From assembly GCA_050293845.1 (NCBI GenBank), contig JBNKNM010000142.1, positions 1 through 14,385 on the forward strand: a stretch of 14,385 bases of DNA, read 5' to 3'. Numbering within the stretch: the stretch's first letter is position 1; every line of letters starts with the position of its first letter. Shown piece after piece: positions 6,970 through 14,385 of this stretch. Source of the stretch: Pseudobacteriovorax sp. Its GTDB lineage: Bacteria > Bdellovibrionota_B > Oligoflexia > Oligoflexales > Oligoflexaceae. The position numbers and the translations under genes are program-made. Under the pieces are notes generated by a model. The model was not told where the DNA came from. It worked only from the letters and a program-made list of their open reading frames with translations, and did no database searches.

Positions 6970-7709
6970 TCGATTGCCTCCTTAACATCGATGAAATTCC
7001 CAAGTAGGCTAAACTGCCCAATTCGGGTGGCTTTTTCGTTTCTGTGTTTAGATCTAATTTCGTTCATACGAGCCACATACTCACGTCCTGCCTGTCGCAT
7101 TTCTTCAAAGGCAGCGTCAGAAAGAAGCTCCGAGAAAATCCAATAATGTGCACCCCGACCAATGTTCTCCTGATTGAAGGACTTCGCTAAAAGAGAAATC
7201 TTTTCCAGAATACTAGCGATCGAAGAATCAGAATAATTTTCCGTGAAAGTAAAGTACTTACCATTTACTTCTCGCAGCATGCCTATCGAACAAAGCTCTT
7301 CCGCCCTTTTTAAGCCAGCAATTTCACCCAAATCACGTGCAATACGTTCTTTAGGGACACCATTACTCTGCTGGGCGAGCCCGATAATATACTGATCATA
7401 CTCCTTCCAGCTCAACACCCTCTGAGAGGGGTCAATAAACTTATAGTTACCATCAAAAAGCGGTTTCCAGACTTGGACAAACCTAGGATCGTATTTGCCA
7501 ATCAGTTCATGAATATCTTTACGGGGCATAAATACCGATAGGACTGGTATAATAGTGGTATCAATTCCACATTGAGTTGTTTCATTATTAACAAGGCGTC
7601 TCACTGTAGAGTAAGACAAGCCTGACTTTCTAGCCAAGCTTGTGATGGATCTCTTGGGGTTTTCATCGAGGTACTTGCGAACTTTTTCTCGTACTTCTTC
7701 TATAAGCAT
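6966..7709 (-). CDS. HTH DNA-binding protein (N-terminal XRE-like HTH; C-terminal region resembling TIGR02147/DUF4423-type proteins)
   Basis: SITSLARKSGLSYSTVRRLVN is a clear HTH; a second winged-helix-like segment (ERIARDLG...EELCSIGMLREVNGKY) and a terminal QFSLLG strand follow. Start probably ATG 7709 (GGGA 6 nt upstream); 7721 and 7727 are alternatives. Confidence 0.75.
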   Translation of the reverse strand: MLIEEVREKVRKYLDENPKRSITSLARKSGLSYSTVRRLVNNETTQCGIDTTIIPVLSVFMPRKDIHELIGKYDPRFVQVWKPLFDGNYKFIDPSQRVLSWKEYDQYIIGLAQQSNGVPKERIARDLGEIAGLKRAEELCSIGMLREVNGKYFTFTENYSDSSIASILEKISLLAKSFNQENIGRGAHYWIFSELLSDAAFEEMRQAGREYVARMNEIRSKHRNEKATRIGQFSLLGNFIDVKEAIE

Positions 7710-7863
7710 TTTTAATCCCATCCACACCTATTGGTTGATCCATAAACAAGCATAATCTGCCTGCTTTAGCAATAACGATCTAGTAACATTTTATAAAGAA
7801 TAAAGGAAGGAACTTTCTTCAAAAAACAAGCTTGCGAAACTCGTTATGTAGAGAGAGGAATGG

Positions 7864-7896
7864 CCGCTGTCAAGCCTTCAAAAGCTCATACAGCGG
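7864..7896 (-). terminator. Stem-loop downstream of the POT gene
   Basis: CCGCTGT (7864-7870) pairs with ACAGCGG (7890-7896) with inner AGC/GCT, 25 nt after the stop; pyrimidine-rich tail on the minus strand but no clean U-run. Confidence 0.3.
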
Positions 7897-7921
7897 AGTT
7901 GCTTGATGATTTTTTTTTAAA

Positions 7922-9301
7922 TTAACCCTCAGCAGTAGACAAAGAGGCGTTAGATGGAAACTGATCATCGTTGCCTTCATTATTTTCAACTTGATTTGGC
8001 TTATAATATTTCACCACGGCTAAGAAGAGTACGGCTGTAACGCCCATTAAATAAGCGAAAAAGAAGTAGTAATCAGCACCAGCCAACTTGCTCGAGCCAT
8101 CTTCATTTATTATAAAGAAGTTTACGATGGACACAAACAGATTGCCTATGGCAACAGAGAAATAGAATAAAGCCATAATTATTGACTTGAGACTTTTAGG
8201 GGCTTGAGTATAGGAAAATTCTAAACAAGTAATAGATACAAACACCTCGCCCATTGTTAGGAATACGTAGGCTAATACCTGCCACATAATAGAAGGTGAA
8301 TTACCTGCGTCGATAAGAGTTTGGCAGTAGGCGATAATGAGAAATGAGAAAAAAGTGATAAATAGACCAATTGAGATTTTCTTAAGTGGAGTTAATATTA
8401 TAAATCTATTAAGAAAGGGATAAATAAAATAACTAGCTAACGGTATAAAAGTTAATATTAAAAAAGGGTTTGCTGCTTGAATCTGAGAAGGAAGAATTTC
8501 AAAGCCAAAGACGACGCGATCGAGTTTATCTGCCTGCAATACCCATGACGAACCACTTTGGTCAAACAGCGCCCAAAACATAGCCACGAATATATAGATA
8601 ATGCTTAACTTACCTAAAGCTTTTAAACTGCTTCTGCTGGTCGCTTCTGAAATAAATTTCTTACCACGAGGAGGAATATGAATAAAGCGATTGCGCCCCG
8701 TCCAAAAGATTATAGTTGCTAAAATCATCAGTAGACCAGGAACTCCAAAGGCAACAGATGGACCATAGCTGTGCAAAAAGATGGGAGTGGCCGCTGTTGA
8801 TAGAAAGGCACCCAAATTAATCGAGAAATAAAACCAGCTGAAGACCTTTTCCATCAGATGACTATTGCGCTTACCGAACTGGTCACCCACATGAGAGGCT
8901 ACACAAGGCTTAATACCTCCTGACCCAAAGGCGATAAGACCTAAGCCAAGGAGTAATCCCCATCTCGTTTCATCCATTGCTAGAACAATATGACCTGCAC
9001 AGTAGAAGATTGACAAATATAAAATTGTCTTATACTTACCAACAAACCAGTCAGATAGTAGTGCACCCAAAAATGGGAAAATGTAAACTGAAGTAGTAAA
9101 AAGATGGTAATAGCCTTTGGCCTCGTCGGCACCCATTGGTGCCAAATTTCCACTAGCATCCATGAGGTACTTAGTCATGAAAATGATAAGAATGGTCCGC
9201 ATTCCGTAGTAACTGAATCGCTCTGCTGCCTCGTTGACCACAATAAAAGGAATGCCACCCGGTAATTTATCCGTATTCTCGGGTTTTGATCTATATACCA
9301 T
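7922..9301 (-). CDS. POT/PTR2 family proton-dependent oligopeptide transporter (MFS)
   Basis: ExxERFxYY signature (EAAERFSYYG), GALLSDWFVGKYKTI, GSGGIKPCV, FYFSINLGA, LEFSYTQAPKSLKS; many hydrophobic segments; AGGGG ribosome-binding site. Confidence 0.95.
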   Translation of the reverse strand: MVYRSKPENTDKLPGGIPFIVVNEAAERFSYYGMRTILIIFMTKYLMDASGNLAPMGADEAKGYYHLFTTSVYIFPFLGALLSDWFVGKYKTILYLSIFYCAGHIVLAMDETRWGLLLGLGLIAFGSGGIKPCVASHVGDQFGKRNSHLMEKVFSWFYFSINLGAFLSTAATPIFLHSYGPSVAFGVPGLLMILATIIFWTGRNRFIHIPPRGKKFISEATSRSSLKALGKLSIIYIFVAMFWALFDQSGSSWVLQADKLDRVVFGFEILPSQIQAANPFLILTFIPLASYFIYPFLNRFIILTPLKKISIGLFITFFSFLIIAYCQTLIDAGNSPSIMWQVLAYVFLTMGEVFVSITCLEFSYTQAPKSLKSIIMALFYFSVAIGNLFVSIVNFFIINEDGSSKLAGADYYFFFAYLMGVTAVLFLAVVKYYKPNQVENNEGNDDQFPSNASLSTAEG

Positions 9302-9464
9302 CTTTGTCCCCTAATAAGTTGAACTTACACATGATCCCTAAATAAGCCCCATTGCTAACACATTTTTCATGGTTTTCTAAATCAATAGTTGATTGGCTGG
9401 TAGATAAAGCATATGCAATAAGCTATCCAAAGGGTCTCAGCTATTATAAAAGTTATTAGATTTT

Positions 9465-9480
9465 ATGTGGTTAATCACAT
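9465..9480. promoter_or_regulatory. Near-perfect 16-bp palindrome ATGTGGTTAATCACAT, candidate operator for the POT gene
   Basis: One mismatched pair in 8; about 165 bp upstream of the POT start. Confidence 0.3.
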
Positions 9481-9543
9481 CAACACGTTCAATTGTCATA
9501 GGTCTTTAGAAAAAGTTAGCATCAACCTGACATGCAAAACAAC

Positions 9544-9569
9544 AGCTTGGATCTAGCGGTAGACAGGCT
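9544..9569 (-). terminator. Possible terminator after the kinase-GGDEF gene
   Basis: Imperfect hairpin AGCTTG-GA-TCTA/GCGG/TAGA-CAGGCT directly after the stop at 9572; the minus strand continues GTTGTTTTG. Confidence 0.3.
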
Positions 9570-9571
9570 TT

Positions 9572-12500
9572 TTACGCTGCACCTGTGACACGATTGCGAC
9601 CTTTTTCCTTGGATTGATAGAGAGACTCATCAGCACGCCTGACAAGAATTTCTGCCGAGCGTACTTCGTCGTGGAGGTAGGATACTCCTAAGGATGCTGT
9701 CACTCCTAATTTTCCACCCTCATGCTCAATGGGATTTTCTTCAATCGTCGTGCGGATCCTATCAGCGACAATCATTGCCAAATCAAAGGTTGTTTCAGGA
9801 AGTATGACAGATAGCTCCTCACCACCATATCTGGCGACAACGTCAGATTTGCGACAGGTTTGCTTTATAAGATTAGCAACATGCTTCAGTACTTGATCAC
9901 CGACTTGGTGTCCCCACTGATCATTGAAAGTTTTAAAGTGATCGATATCAATCATAATCAAAGATAAATTTCTTTGCTGACGCTGCGATTGCAGGATTTC
10001 TTGTTCCAACATACTTTGGAAGTAATCATGATTATAAAGCCCAGTTAATCCATCCGTTGCAGCTTTTACGGATAACTCTAAACGTCCTGCAGCAGACAAG
10101 CATATTATTTCAAGAGTTTCAATTCGTTCCGCAGTAAAGCTATTGGCAGCACGGTTATTTTCCAGGTACAATAGTCCTACAACTTCAGCAGCATCTTTAC
10201 CACCTACCGTAATAGGCATACAAAGAATAGATCGCACACTATTTTTCATGATATAGGCTTCATGATGTAAAGCAGGCAAGGTATCATTTTCTTCTAATGC
10301 ATTATCAATAACTACTGCTTTAGATGTTCTTTGTGCATAATTGATAAGCCTGATACAAACAGAATCGGATTTTTCAACAGGAATGGATTGCAATATTTTA
10401 GGAATTTCCATATCTACAGAGCCTTCAGCTTCAACAAAAAATTTACCATCTTTCTTTAGGAGGAGAACTCCTTTTTGAGCCCCTGCAAATTCAATGGCAC
10501 TGGAAATTATTTTCTCTAACATGCGTGAATGGATAGTCTCTTCGGCTATAGCTAGCAGAGCTTTTTTAAGAGTCGTAATATCAATAGTAGATGATGACAT
10601 TGTTGCTAGGGAACCCGTCATGGGGCGGTCCCCTAAACTATTTATGATATGCGGATGATCCTGTTCCAGTTGCATGATCTTTCTAATAGCGCCCCACTTA
10701 TGGTAAGAGTAACGAGCTCGTTTCATGTAGGCAATAGCCATAGTCAAACGATTTTCTGCTAGATGAAATTTTGCTGACAACTCATTACCCAAAGCTTCAT
10801 CTTGTAGAAATTGATTCGTGCGAGCCAAGGCAATCGCTTCATCGTAAAGTTGCTGAGCCTTAAAACTTTTTCCTCGAAGTCTAGAAATCTCAGCTTTTAG
10901 AAGCAGATACCTTTGTCCTTGATTAGCTTGACAGCTTTGACTCCAAATTTTGAATTTTTTTATTATTTTTTTGATTTCTTTCATGGCACTTTTTGCTTCA
11001 CTCTTTTGAAGCTTAGGCATTCTGCTAATCAAGGTCAAAGCTCTATAAAAGTAAAAAACAGTACCATTATATGTACCTATTCCTGCCTTAAATTCTTTTT
11101 TCGAAGTATTAGACCATTCGTGAGCTAACTCGTATTGCTCAAAAAAGTAAGCCATTTTCATTTTTAAAAAATAGGTGAGAAATAAACCTGCCGCATCACC
11201 ATTTTGCCTATGTAGAACACACATTTCATCATCATCATAATAATCACCTTTTAATCTCCAGGGAACTACACTCTTATCTTCTACAACGAAGTTAAAGGCT
11301 GCTTGACGATAAAGTTCTAATATATAGGTATTTCCTTTATGATCTAATGATTTAATGACATCGTGATATTTTTCCATATCTTTTAAAACTATAGGAAGCT
11401 CTACACCCGCTAAGAAAGATCGATAGCAATAACCCATGGCTCCATGCACAGCAAATTCTAAATTTCCGGCATCAACCCCACTCTGATAAGCCTTAATTAA
11501 TTCTGGTAGAGTGGATCTTATTGGTTCTTTCCAAGGTCTTAGATATAAATTGAAGGAAACAAGTATAGTTGCTTCGACTTCTCGTGTTTGCATTTTTTCA
11601 TATAACTTGATACCCAGTTCACCAAATTTATACCCTTTTTCATAAGCTCCAAATATTCCGGCTACCATAATTCCGTAATTTGTAAAAGCCAATGCTGAAG
11701 TCGGTGCGATACCATAATTCAAGCTTGTTAAAACTGAGTCACAGATGGATAGTGGAACTTGCTTTGGCATATACAGAAATATACACTGCGACAAAGTATA
11801 CTGGAAATGAACGCGCGCCAAGCGTAAAGGATCTACCATAGGAGGCTTAGCAATAATTTGGCTGAAATTCTTTCCAGTTAGTTTCCACCAACACTTGGCA
11901 AAGCCCCAAAGTATCTGTAATATATTAGGATTACTTGATATCTTTACTCCCAATAAAGTCAGTATTTTTCTCCCTTGCTTCACCGCAGCATTCATGTCGT
12001 TACGTGCGATGGCTGCTTGAACTTGAGTTTCATAAATGGGAATTTTTTGCAGTAGGTTTGTAGCTTTTTCTAGTACGATTTCTCCATAGCGATCCACTTC
12101 CTCTTGCTTACCAGCAAGGAAAGAAACTTCACAAAGATTCTGACAAAAGCTTAAAAGAAGGTCATAATGACTTCCCCAATGCCTCTCCTCGACCTTTGCA
12201 TAAGATTTGCTGAGATATTCGAATGCTAAGGGATACGCAGAAGCATTTTTGGCTTTTTCTGCTGCCTGGATGTTGAGTTTAAGTAAAGCAATGAGTTCAT
12301 GATCTTCTTGTACCAGCTCTATTGAACTATTAAAGTGATTGACAATACTGAATAGGTGATCATCGCGATGATATTTTTCATCAAGATCAAGAAGAGTTTG
12401 CGCCACCTTACGACGGATGAATTTATGCTTTCGAGAAGGGATAAGGTCATAGGCAGCTTGTAAAATTCTATCATGAGCAAAGCGATATTCGATATCAATA

Positions 12501-14383
12501 TCTTGCTCACCGACTTCGATATCAAGTTCTACCAAACGGTAAGACTCACCAATGGGAATGATAAGCCCTTCCTCTATGGCTGGATGTAAGCTTTTTGCGA
12601 CATAGTGACTAGACTCCCCTGATACCTTAGTCAAAGTTTGCAAATCAAAGCTTGAACCGATACACGAAGCCAGTTTAACTAGCTCTATAGTTTTATTTCC
12701 CAGTCTATTTATCCTCTGGGTCATCAAGTCAACAACATTGTCAGTAAGGCCGGCAATCTTAATTTTTTCTAAATTCCAGCTCCATTGGCCTTTATCAGTA
12801 TTGAAATATAGCAGTCTATTTGTATAAAGATTTTTAAGAAACTCTTCGGTAAAAAAAGGGTTTCCACCGGTTTTTTGAAAAACAAGCTTCGAGAGTTCTT
12901 CAGTATTTTGGGTTTTAGTATGAAGGGTATCAGCTATCATTTGATTGAGTTGATGTAATTCAAGCGCCCTCAGTTCGATTTTTAAAACCACCTCATTCCG
13001 AGCATTAAGATCTTCCATTAACTGATCTAAGGGGTGGGTGGGTCCAACGTCCTTATTTCTGAAAGCCCCTATAAAACAAAAATATTGTAATTCATCATCT
13101 GTCAGAATTTTCTCTAAAAGTTTAACAGAAGAAAGATCGATCCATTGAAGATCATCTAAATACATAATTAGGGGATGTTCTTCGCAAGCAAATAACTTAA
13201 TAAAATTCTTAAACAAGATAATGAAGCGATTTTCACTTTCTGCTGCACCCAGTATCGGTGCAGGTTTTTGATGTCCTATAATAAGTTCCAAATCAGGTAC
13301 AATTTCAAGGAGCACTTGACCAATTTCACCAACAGATTTCTGGATTTTTAGTTTCCATTCATTGAGTTTATAGTCTTTTTCACTCAAAATTGAACGACAA
13401 AGCTCCCGTAAAGCTTCTGAGATAGCACTATAGGGAATACTTCGCTTGAGCTTTTCAAATTTTCCTTGAATGAATAAACTATTTTGATTGCTTATTTGTT
13501 TAGCAAGCTCTTTAGCTAAGGAGCTTTTACCTGTTCCTGGGTACCCACTTATAAGTACTGATTGTTTATTCCCACTTGCAACCCTATTGTAGAGGTCTTG
13601 CAAAAGCTTCAACTCTTTTTCACGACCATAGAGGTTTTGAGTGATGCGCAGTTGATCAGAAATATCCTGCATGCATAGAGGAAATGCACGCACATAGCCG
13701 CTACTTTCCAAGGCATCAGAACACTTTATTAAATCAGCTCGTACACCCCAAGCGCTTTGATAGCGATCTTCAACATTTTTATTCAGTAATTTGATAATAA
13801 TATCTGAAAGAATCTCAGGTATTCCGGAATCTATGTCACGTGGTGGAATGGGGCGTTTTGCAATATGGTAGTGTATCAATTGAATGGGATCTTCAGAAAT
13901 AAAAGGAAGTTTGCCAGTAAAGATTTCGTATAGAGTAATACCAAATGAATATAAATCAGTCCGACTATCTAAAAACCGATTCATCCGCCCTGTTTGTTCC
14001 GGAGACATATAGGGCAAGCTACCCTCTGTTACCTGGTTTGAATTCCTACTCGCATGCTCTCTTGATAACTTCGTCGAAATTCCAAAATCAATGATTTGGA
14101 TCAAACCATTTTTTGGATTATACAGAATATTACTAGGATTTATGTCTTTGTGGATAATATTATTGGAGTGCAATTCAACTAATGCACCTGCCAACTGAAT
14201 ACTAATCTTCAAAGCTTCTGGGAGGCTAAAAATTTTCTGATCCATTATGGATCGCAGAGAATCCGACTGGGAATCTTCAAAAACAAGCATAGGGCAGTTG
14301 TGAAATTTTTCCAGTCCTAGTATTTTGGGAGCATGCTTTAAGTTTATTTCGGTGAGTATTTCAAACTGATTTTTATACCGAAC
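9572..14383 (-). CDS. Multidomain Ser/Thr kinase - AAA (P-loop) ATPase - helical region - GAF - GGDEF diguanylate cyclase; 5'-truncated by the window edge
   Basis: The frame stays open upstream of ATG 14290 to the edge (VRYKNQFEILTEINLKHAPKILGLEKFHNCP, kinase N-lobe-like). Kinase HKDINPSN, DFG, YMSPEQ; Walker A GYPGTGKS; Walker B YLDDLQWID; GGNPFF; GAF SILCMPI..GLLYLEN; TDGLTGLYN, DIDHFK, I-site RKSD, RYGGEEL. Confidence 0.95.
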   Translation of the reverse strand, partial: VRYKNQFEILTEINLKHAPKILGLEKFHNCPMLVFEDSQSDSLRSIMDQKIFSLPEALKISIQLAGALVELHSNNIIHKDINPSNILYNPKNGLIQIIDFGISTKLSREHASRNSNQVTEGSLPYMSPEQTGRMNRFLDSRTDLYSFGITLYEIFTGKLPFISEDPIQLIHYHIAKRPIPPRDIDSGIPEILSDIIIKLLNKNVEDRYQSAWGVRADLIKCSDALESSGYVRAFPLCMQDISDQLRITQNLYGREKELKLLQDLYNRVASGNKQSVLISGYPGTGKSSLAKELAKQISNQNSLFIQGKFEKLKRSIPYSAISEALRELCRSILSEKDYKLNEWKLKIQKSVGEIGQVLLEIVPDLELIIGHQKPAPILGAAESENRFIILFKNFIKLFACEEHPLIMYLDDLQWIDLSSVKLLEKILTDDELQYFCFIGAFRNKDVGPTHPLDQLMEDLNARNEVVLKIELRALELHQLNQMIADTLHTKTQNTEELSKLVFQKTGGNPFFTEEFLKNLYTNRLLYFNTDKGQWSWNLEKIKIAGLTDNVVDLMTQRINRLGNKTIELVKLASCIGSSFDLQTLTKVSGESSHYVAKSLHPAIEEGLIIPIGESYRLVELDIEVGEQDIDIEYRFAHDRILQAAYDLIPSRKHKFIRRKVAQTLLDLDEKYHRDDHLFSIVNHFNSSIELVQEDHELIALLKLNIQAAEKAKNASAYPLAFEYLSKSYAKVEERHWGSHYDLLLSFCQNLCEVSFLAGKQEEVDRYGEIVLEKATNLLQKIPIYETQVQAAIARNDMNAAVKQGRKILTLLGVKISSNPNILQILWGFAKCWWKLTGKNFSQIIAKPPMVDPLRLARVHFQYTLSQCIFLYMPKQVPLSICDSVLTSLNYGIAPTSALAFTNYGIMVAGIFGAYEKGYKFGELGIKLYEKMQTREVEATILVSFNLYLRPWKEPIRSTLPELIKAYQSGVDAGNLEFAVHGAMGYCYRSFLAGVELPIVLKDMEKYHDVIKSLDHKGNTYILELYRQAAFNFVVEDKSVVPWRLKGDYYDDDEMCVLHRQNGDAAGLFLTYFLKMKMAYFFEQYELAHEWSNTSKKEFKAGIGTYNGTVFYFYRALTLISRMPKLQKSEAKSAMKEIKKIIKKFKIWSQSCQANQGQRYLLLKAEISRLRGKSFKAQQLYDEAIALARTNQFLQDEALGNELSAKFHLAENRLTMAIAYMKRARYSYHKWGAIRKIMQLEQDHPHIINSLGDRPMTGSLATMSSSTIDITTLKKALLAIAEETIHSRMLEKIISSAIEFAGAQKGVLLLKKDGKFFVEAEGSVDMEIPKILQSIPVEKSDSVCIRLINYAQRTSKAVVIDNALEENDTLPALHHEAYIMKNSVRSILCMPITVGGKDAAEVVGLLYLENNRAANSFTAERIETLEIICLSAAGRLELSVKAATDGLTGLYNHDYFQSMLEQEILQSQRQQRNLSLIMIDIDHFKTFNDQWGHQVGDQVLKHVANLIKQTCRKSDVVARYGGEELSVILPETTFDLAMIVADRIRTTIEENPIEHEGGKLGVTASLGVSYLHDEVRSAEILVRRADESLYQSKEKGRNRVTGAA

Positions 14384-14385
14384 AA

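Noticed and set aside
7768..7783. Sigma-54 promoter on the minus strand (CTAGATCGTTATTGCT)
   Set aside because: The -12 TTGCT is present but the invariant -24 GG is AG.
9465..9480. CRP/FNR-type site
   Set aside because: Half-site spacing is 4 nt rather than 6; kept only as a generic palindrome.
10913..11128. 71-aa plus-strand ORF
   Set aside because: Antisense shadow inside the kinase-GGDEF gene.
12319..12525. 68-aa minus-strand ORF
   Set aside because: Alternative frame nested in the kinase-GGDEF gene; no independent support.
1..14385. CRISPR array, tRNA, rRNA, transposase, integrase or retron
   Set aside because: No regularly spaced repeats, cloverleaf, rRNA-like sequence, or transposase, recombinase or reverse transcriptase motifs were seen.

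Overview
AT-rich bacterial DNA with a chromosome-like gene mix. The gene types (orphan substrate-binding proteins, a Cys-rich lipoprotein, an HTH/TIGR02147-like regulator coupled to a secreted protein, DUF2279) suggest Bdellovibrionota/Oligoflexia, but that is inference. Left to right: two periplasmic substrate-binding proteins (the first apparently lacking about 85 internal residues), a lipoprotein, a three-gene + strand cluster (actin-like ATPase, ParR-like protein, hypothetical), then minus-strand genes for a hypothetical protein, a DUF2279 protein, a small secreted protein with its HTH regulator, a POT peptide transporter and a 5'-truncated Ser/Thr kinase-AAA-GAF-GGDEF protein. The main finding is the ParM-like ATPase at 2886-4001. 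It appears circularly permuted: the phosphate-1 hairpin (IALDIGNSSLK), normally at the extreme N-terminus, follows the connect-2 helix near the C-terminus. It sits next to a ParR-like gene, with no plasmid or phage genes in the window. No rRNA, tRNA, CRISPR array or transposase was recognised. All family calls come from motif recognition by eye, not from database searches.
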